Below, piece after piece: positions 59,146 through 64,000 of a stretch of DNA of 64,000 nt (positions within the stretch are counted from its first letter, which is position 1; every line of letters starts with the position of its first letter). The translations under genes and the position numbers were made by a program. Origin of the DNA: an uncultured delta proteobacterium (GTDB lineage: Bacteria; Desulfobacterota; Binatia; HRBIN30; BPIQ01); the NCBI GenBank assembly GCA_963761335.1, contig CAVXGR010000018.1:608001-672000 (forward strand), in the 5' to 3' direction. The notes below the pieces were generated by a model. That model ran no database searches. It was not told the origin of the DNA and worked only from the letters and a program-made list of their open reading frames with translations.

Positions 59146-60243
59146 TCAGAAGCCGATCGACAGCCCGAAGGTCAGGTAGAGGCTGTTGGCGACGGCGTCG
59201 ACCGCCGGCTTGCTGTTGTACTCGTCCCGCAGCGTGGTCTTAAAGCTGACGGTGTAGACGATGGGCATGCTGATCGAGGTCTCGCCGCGGATCAGGTAGT
59301 TGTTGGTCCAGTCGTCCACGGCCGGCAGGTAGTCGAGGCGGAGGTCGAGCTTCGAGCCCAGGGGCAGGTAGTACTCCGAGAGCACCCCGAAGGCGGCGGT
59401 GAAGTAGTCGTTCTCGATGCCCCCGAAGAACTTCTGATAGGCCCAGCCGCCGCCGGCCTCGACCTGAAAGTAGTCGCGGCGCCTCTCGTCGAGGTGCTCC
59501 TCCCACACGATGTAGCCGAGACCCGCCTTGGGAACTGTGCGGATGCTGAGTCGTTCCACGGCATCGTACTCCCCGTCCCCCGAGGCGAAGACATAGGCGC
59601 GCGGCGTGAAATCTTGCTCTCCGCGCGCCCGGCCGCGCAGCTCGTCCTCGAGGGTGTTGCTCGGCTGATTGCGCTTCTTCTCGGTGGCGTATCGATAGCT
59701 GCCGTCGAAGATCAGGCGCGTGGAAGATTTGCTGCGCCGGGCCCTGAAGCCGACCATCAGCCCGGTGGTCTCCACGGTGCTGTGCGCCAGGTTGAAGCCG
59801 GCGTCGAAGCTCCCATCCCAGTAGCGCCAGCGACTGCGCATGCGGTCGGCGAACGACGGCCCGCTCGCCCCGACGGGCACGGCGCTGTAGATGCTGCCGA
59901 CCTCGATCTCGCGGCTCTCCCCGGCGTCGTCGCGGACGGTGAGCTTTCCCTGGGAGAAGCCGGTGACCCGGCCGTACACCTCCCGGCTCTCGCCGTAGAG
60001 GATCTGGAAAGGCTCCTCCGTGCGCGCCTCGTCGACGTCCTTCCATTTGATGTCGATCGAGCCCTCGCCGTACTCCGGCTCGAGAGTGATGGTTGCCGAC
60101 GAGAAGCCCGTCACCGTTCCCCGCAGCGCTGTTCCCTTCGAGGCGACCTCGTCGGCGCCCGCAGTGCCTGCGAGCCCCAGGCCGGCCACGAGCAACATAG
60201 CCGCCGTCCTCCCCAGACACCTTCCACGCTTGCCTCTGTCCAT
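59146..60243 (-). CDS. DUF481-like outer-membrane beta-barrel protein
   Basis: Signal peptide, N-terminal periplasmic domain, amphipathic strands, C-terminal GLSIGF. Confidence 0.85.
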   Translation of the reverse strand: MDRGKRGRCLGRTAAMLLVAGLGLAGTAGADEVASKGTALRGTVTGFSSATITLEPEYGEGSIDIKWKDVDEARTEEPFQILYGESREVYGRVTGFSQGKLTVRDDAGESREIEVGSIYSAVPVGASGPSFADRMRSRWRYWDGSFDAGFNLAHSTVETTGLMVGFRARRSKSSTRLIFDGSYRYATEKKRNQPSNTLEDELRGRARGEQDFTPRAYVFASGDGEYDAVERLSIRTVPKAGLGYIVWEEHLDERRRDYFQVEAGGGWAYQKFFGGIENDYFTAAFGVLSEYYLPLGSKLDLRLDYLPAVDDWTNNYLIRGETSISMPIVYTVSFKTTLRDEYNSKPAVDAVANSLYLTFGLSIGF

Positions 60244-60295
60244 ACTTCTCCTCCCGCTTGCCTGGCTTTTGCGGACTGTGCTTTACCCGCACAGC

Positions 60296-61171
60296 TTGAA
60301 TATCGCAAAGCCCATCACGGTTGCGGCCCGCGGCTTGCTGCGTCAGCCGTTTCTCCACTTTGCCGTCCTCGGCGCCGTCCTCTTTGCGCTGCACCAGTGG
60401 GTGGCGCCGCGACCCCGCGAGCAGATCGTGGTCTCCTCTTCGCTCGTCGAGAGGCTGCGCCAGGATCATCTGCGGCGTACGGGCGCGGTGCCGACCGCGG
60501 AAGAGGAGGCAGCGCTGGTGCAGCACTACGTCGACGACGAGGTGCTGATCCGCGAGGCCGTCGCTCTCGGGCTCGACCGAGGCGACGTCATCGTCCGCCG
60601 CCGCCTGGCGCAGAAGATGGAATTCCTGCTCGACAGCGAGGCGGCGCCGGCGCAGGACGCCGACCTGCGGCGTTACCTGCAGAGCCATCGGCAACGATAT
60701 GCGATTCCGCCGCGCGTGTCGCTGCGCCATGTCTTCGTGAGCAGCGAACGTCACGGGGCGGAGAGCGCCTCGGTGGCGGTCGAGCTGCGCCGGCGATTGC
60801 TCGCCGGAGAGGACGCTTCTCGACTGGGAGACCCATTCCTGCGGGGGGGTGAGCTGCCGCCCCGCAGCGAGGCGGAGCTCGCCGCCATCTTCGGCGACGC
60901 CTTCGCCGCCCGGGTGATGCGTCTGCCGGTCGGCGAGTGGTCGGCGCCGGTGCCGTCGAGCTTCGGGCTTCATCTCGTCCACATCGAGGAGAAGCAGCCG
61001 CCGCGCCTGCCGGAGCTCGACGACATCCGCGGCGCCGTCCAGCGCGACTTCGAGGCAGACCGGAGAGCCGAGGTGCGCTCGGCAGCCCTGCGCCGCCTGC
61101 GACAGCGGTACCGGGTGCGCATCGAGGATCCCGAGGCGCCGCGTCTGGCGCGATTGTCGGGAGAGAGATGA
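60296..61171 (+). CDS. PpiC/parvulin-like peptidyl-prolyl isomerase family protein
   Basis: LRQPFLHF..LG..LF, EVLIREAVALGLDRGDVIVRRRLAQKMEF, W..PV.SSFGLHLV; start codon uncertain. Confidence 0.85.
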   Translation: MNIAKPITVAARGLLRQPFLHFAVLGAVLFALHQWVAPRPREQIVVSSSLVERLRQDHLRRTGAVPTAEEEAALVQHYVDDEVLIREAVALGLDRGDVIVRRRLAQKMEFLLDSEAAPAQDADLRRYLQSHRQRYAIPPRVSLRHVFVSSERHGAESASVAVELRRRLLAGEDASRLGDPFLRGGELPPRSEAELAAIFGDAFAARVMRLPVGEWSAPVPSSFGLHLVHIEEKQPPRLPELDDIRGAVQRDFEADRRAEVRSAALRRLRQRYRVRIEDPEAPRLARLSGER

Positions 61172-62208
61172 GGAGCGGAGCTCTTCTCCTGGTCGCCGGC
61201 TGCGTGCTGGTGCCCGCGATGGCGGCAGCGCACTCCTTCGATCCGGCGCTCCTCGATCTGCGCGAGCAGCGCACCGGTGTCTTTGCGGTTCGCTGGCGGA
61301 CCAGCCCGGCGGCGGGTGAGGCCCATCTGCGGCCGCATCTTCCCGAGCGCTGCCGGCGGCTCGAGATCGCCGGCGGCTCGGGTGACTCGGCGTGGCAGAT
61401 CGACTGTGGCTCCGAGAGCCTGTACGGCGCAGCACTCCGCGTGGATGGTCTCGAGGCCACCCCGCTCGACGTGGTGGTGCGCATCACCTGGCTGGATGGC
61501 GTCGTCGACACTGGGGTTCTGGCCGGCGGCGCCGGCGTCCTCCGCGTTCGCGTCGCGCCGTCGCCCCCGGTCACGACCGGCGCCGCGCTCGGCACCTACG
61601 TGCTCCTCGGGGTGACCCACATCCTGCGCGGCACCGATCATCTGCTCTTCCTCTTCGGTCTCATGCTGTTGGTCGGCGGCGGTGCGGGATTCCGGAGCGG
61701 GCAAGCCTTTCCATGGCACAACCTGTTGAAGACGATCACCGCCTTCACCGTGGCCCACAGCCTGACCCTGGCTCTCGCGGCTCTCGGTCTGGTGCGGCTT
61801 CCGGTCGCTCCCGTCGAAGCCCTGATCGCCCTGAGCATCGTGTTTCTCGCCGCGGAGTTGGTCGGCGCGGCGCGGCGCGAGGCGGCGGCAGCGACGGCCG
61901 CGGGCGGCTCCCAGCCGTGGATGGTCGCCTTCGCCTTTGGTCTCCTGCACGGCCTCGGCTTCGCCGGCGCCCTGTTTCGGGTGGGGCTGCCGCAGGAGCA
62001 GATGGCCACCGCGCTGCTGGCGTTCAACGCCGGCGTCGAGCTCGGCCAGGTCGCCTTCGTCGCGGCGCTGATCGTGCCGCTGCTGGCATTGGCGCGCGCC
62101 GCGCGGCGGTGGGCCCCGGCGCGGCTGCTGCCCGCCTACGCCATCGGCGCGCTGGCGATGATGTGGACACTGGAGCGCATTCAGCTGTTCTGGGCGGTGC
62201 CGCGGTGA
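61168..62208 (+). CDS. HupE/UreJ family membrane protein
   Basis: AAA-H signal cleavage site; GVTHIL.GTDHLLF, TAFTVAHSLTL, EALIALSI, FGLLHGLGFA, FNAGVELGQ. Confidence 0.93.
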   Translation: MRSGALLLVAGCVLVPAMAAAHSFDPALLDLREQRTGVFAVRWRTSPAAGEAHLRPHLPERCRRLEIAGGSGDSAWQIDCGSESLYGAALRVDGLEATPLDVVVRITWLDGVVDTGVLAGGAGVLRVRVAPSPPVTTGAALGTYVLLGVTHILRGTDHLLFLFGLMLLVGGGAGFRSGQAFPWHNLLKTITAFTVAHSLTLALAALGLVRLPVAPVEALIALSIVFLAAELVGAARREAAAATAAGGSQPWMVAFAFGLLHGLGFAGALFRVGLPQEQMATALLAFNAGVELGQVAFVAALIVPLLALARAARRWAPARLLPAYAIGALAMMWTLERIQLFWAVPR

Positions 62209-62249
62209 ACGGCGAACGACAGCGGTTGAAGAAGAGGAGGCCAAGTGCC

Positions 62250-64000
62250 ATGCGGATCACGAGTCGAGTCGTCCTGCTGCTGACCCTGGCATTGCTGACC
62301 GCCTGCGGCGAGGGAAAGAACCCGCAGCCGATCGCCACCGGCGACGCCGGGGAGCCGTGTGCCGGGCGCAATCCGCTGCGCAATGCCTACTTCGGCGACC
62401 TGCACGTACACACCACCTACTCGTTCGATGCGCAAATCTACGAGGTTCGCACCACGCCGCCCGAGGCCTATCGCTTCGCCCGCGGCGAGCCGGTGTCGCT
62501 GCCTCCGCTGGACGCCAATGGCCAGGGCACGCGAACCCTGCGCCTCGATCGCCCATTGGACTTCGCCGCGGTTACCGACCACTCGGAGTTTCTCGGCGAG
62601 ATCGAGGCCTGCACCACCCCGGATTCGCCGTCGTACGACGCCAACAGCTGTCAGATCCTGCGCGTCGGCGGTGACGGGGCGACACGCACCTGGGGGGTCC
62701 AGCTGGCGCAGATGGATCCCATGCGCCTGCGGGACGTCTGCGGCGGCAGCGGTTGTCCGGACGAAACGGGGGAGGTCTGGCGGCGCATTCAGGATGCCGC
62801 GGCCGCGGCCGATGATCCGTGCACCTTCACCAGCTTCGTCGCCTACGAGTACACGGGCAACACCAACGTCAGCAACCTGCATCGCAACGTCATCTTCCGC
62901 AACCAGCACGTACCGTCGCCGACCACGTACTTCGAGCAGCCGACGCCACAGGGGCTGTGGAGAGAGCTGCAGAGGACCTGCCTGGATGCCGGCAACGGAT
63001 GCGACGTCCTCGCCATTCCCCACAACCCGAACGAGAGCAACGGCAATATGTTCTTCGTCGAATATCCCGGCGCCGCAAGCCTGCAGGAGCAACGCGAGCA
63101 GGCGGCGTTCCGCGCCGGCATGGAGCCGCTGGTGGAGATCTTCCAGCACAAGGGCGACTCGGAATGCATGAATGGGGTCTCGGGGATCGTGGGTGCGCCC
63201 GACGAGCTCTGCGGCTTCGAGAAGAGGCGCACGCCTCCGTTCGAGGACTGCGGCGACGGCACCGGCACCTTCGGCGTCGCCACCGCGGGTTGCGTCTCCC
63301 GGCTGGATTTCGTGCGCGGTGCGCTGCTGGCCGGGCTGCAGGAAGCGCAGCGCCTCGGTGTGAATCCGTATCAGCTCGGCATCATCGCCAGCACCGACAC
63401 CCACAACGGAACCCCGGGAGCGGTGGCCGAGGATCGTTTCATCGGCCATCGCGGCACGGACGACGCCTCGGTGGAGCACCGCCTCGGCCCGGGAACCCTG
63501 TATCCCGGTGGGATCATTTTCAATCCCGGCGGCCTCGCCGGCGTGTGGGCCGAGGAGAACACGCGCTCGAGCATCTTCGATGCCCTGCGCCGGCGCGAGG
63601 TGTTCGGCACCAGCGGCCCGCGCATCACCGTGCGCTTCTTCGGCGGCTGGGATCTGCCCGCCGGGATGTGCGATGATCCGCAGATGATCGCCTCCGCGTA
63701 CGCAGCGGGTGTTCCCATGGGGGGCGTGCTCCCGTCTTTGCCCGCGGAGGCCCAGGGGCCGCGATTTCTGGTCTCGGCGCTGCGCGACCCGGGGACGCTG
63801 GAGCGCCCGGGAGTGCGCCTGCAGCGGCTGCAGGTGATCAAGGGATGGATCGAGAACGGCGAGCCGCACGAGCAGGTGTTCGAGGTCGCCGGCGATCCGG
63901 ACAACGGCGCTGCCGTCGATCTCGACAGCTGCACTCCGCTTGGCTCCGGGGCGGACTCGCTGTGCACCGTGTGGTCCGACCCGAGCTTCGACGCCGAGCA
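62250..64000 (+). CDS. DUF3604 domain lipoprotein (PHP-like metallohydrolase), 3' partial; absent from the ORF track
   Basis: GAGGAGG RBS; MRITSRVVLLLTLALLTAC lipobox; YFGDLHVHTTYSFDA, LDFAAVTDHSE, NLHRNVIF, IPHN.NESNG, STDTHN, GLAGVWAEENTR, GTSGPRI. Confidence 0.92.
   Translation, partial: MRITSRVVLLLTLALLTACGEGKNPQPIATGDAGEPCAGRNPLRNAYFGDLHVHTTYSFDAQIYEVRTTPPEAYRFARGEPVSLPPLDANGQGTRTLRLDRPLDFAAVTDHSEFLGEIEACTTPDSPSYDANSCQILRVGGDGATRTWGVQLAQMDPMRLRDVCGGSGCPDETGEVWRRIQDAAAAADDPCTFTSFVAYEYTGNTNVSNLHRNVIFRNQHVPSPTTYFEQPTPQGLWRELQRTCLDAGNGCDVLAIPHNPNESNGNMFFVEYPGAASLQEQREQAAFRAGMEPLVEIFQHKGDSECMNGVSGIVGAPDELCGFEKRRTPPFEDCGDGTGTFGVATAGCVSRLDFVRGALLAGLQEAQRLGVNPYQLGIIASTDTHNGTPGAVAEDRFIGHRGTDDASVEHRLGPGTLYPGGIIFNPGGLAGVWAEENTRSSIFDALRRREVFGTSGPRITVRFFGGWDLPAGMCDDPQMIASAYAAGVPMGGVLPSLPAEAQGPRFLVSALRDPGTLERPGVRLQRLQVIKGWIENGEPHEQVFEVAGDPDNGAAVDLDSCTPLGSGADSLCTVWSDPSFDAE

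Overview
A GC-rich chromosomal window from a diderm bacterium (outer-membrane barrels, lipoproteins, Tat signal). The gene content suggests a Binatota/delta-proteobacteria-like lineage, which is inference only. There are about 50 protein-coding genes, and I saw no rRNA, tRNA, CRISPR array or transposase. The window opens with a 5'-truncated giant FG-GAP/TcdB-midN/RHS protein that carries an unexpected two-helix transmembrane hairpin inside its RHS core. It is followed by two divergent paralogous exported proteins resembling the SecDF P1 head domain; this locus is my best candidate for an undescribed system. Other notable loci are an inactive transglutaminase-7TM/ATP-grasp pair with an extra domain, a sigma54-driven 9-heme surface cytochrome, two WS/DGAT genes, sahR-ahcY with a candidate operator, a general-stress-like cluster with three sigma54 promoters each paired with a TGYA-N5-TRCA motif, a signal-less HiPIP-like protein, and a PPIase/HupE-UreJ/DUF3604 operon running off the 3' end. 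Several intergenic palindromic repeat families and a 13x 8-bp tandem repeat are present. All family assignments come from motif recognition by eye, not from database searches.
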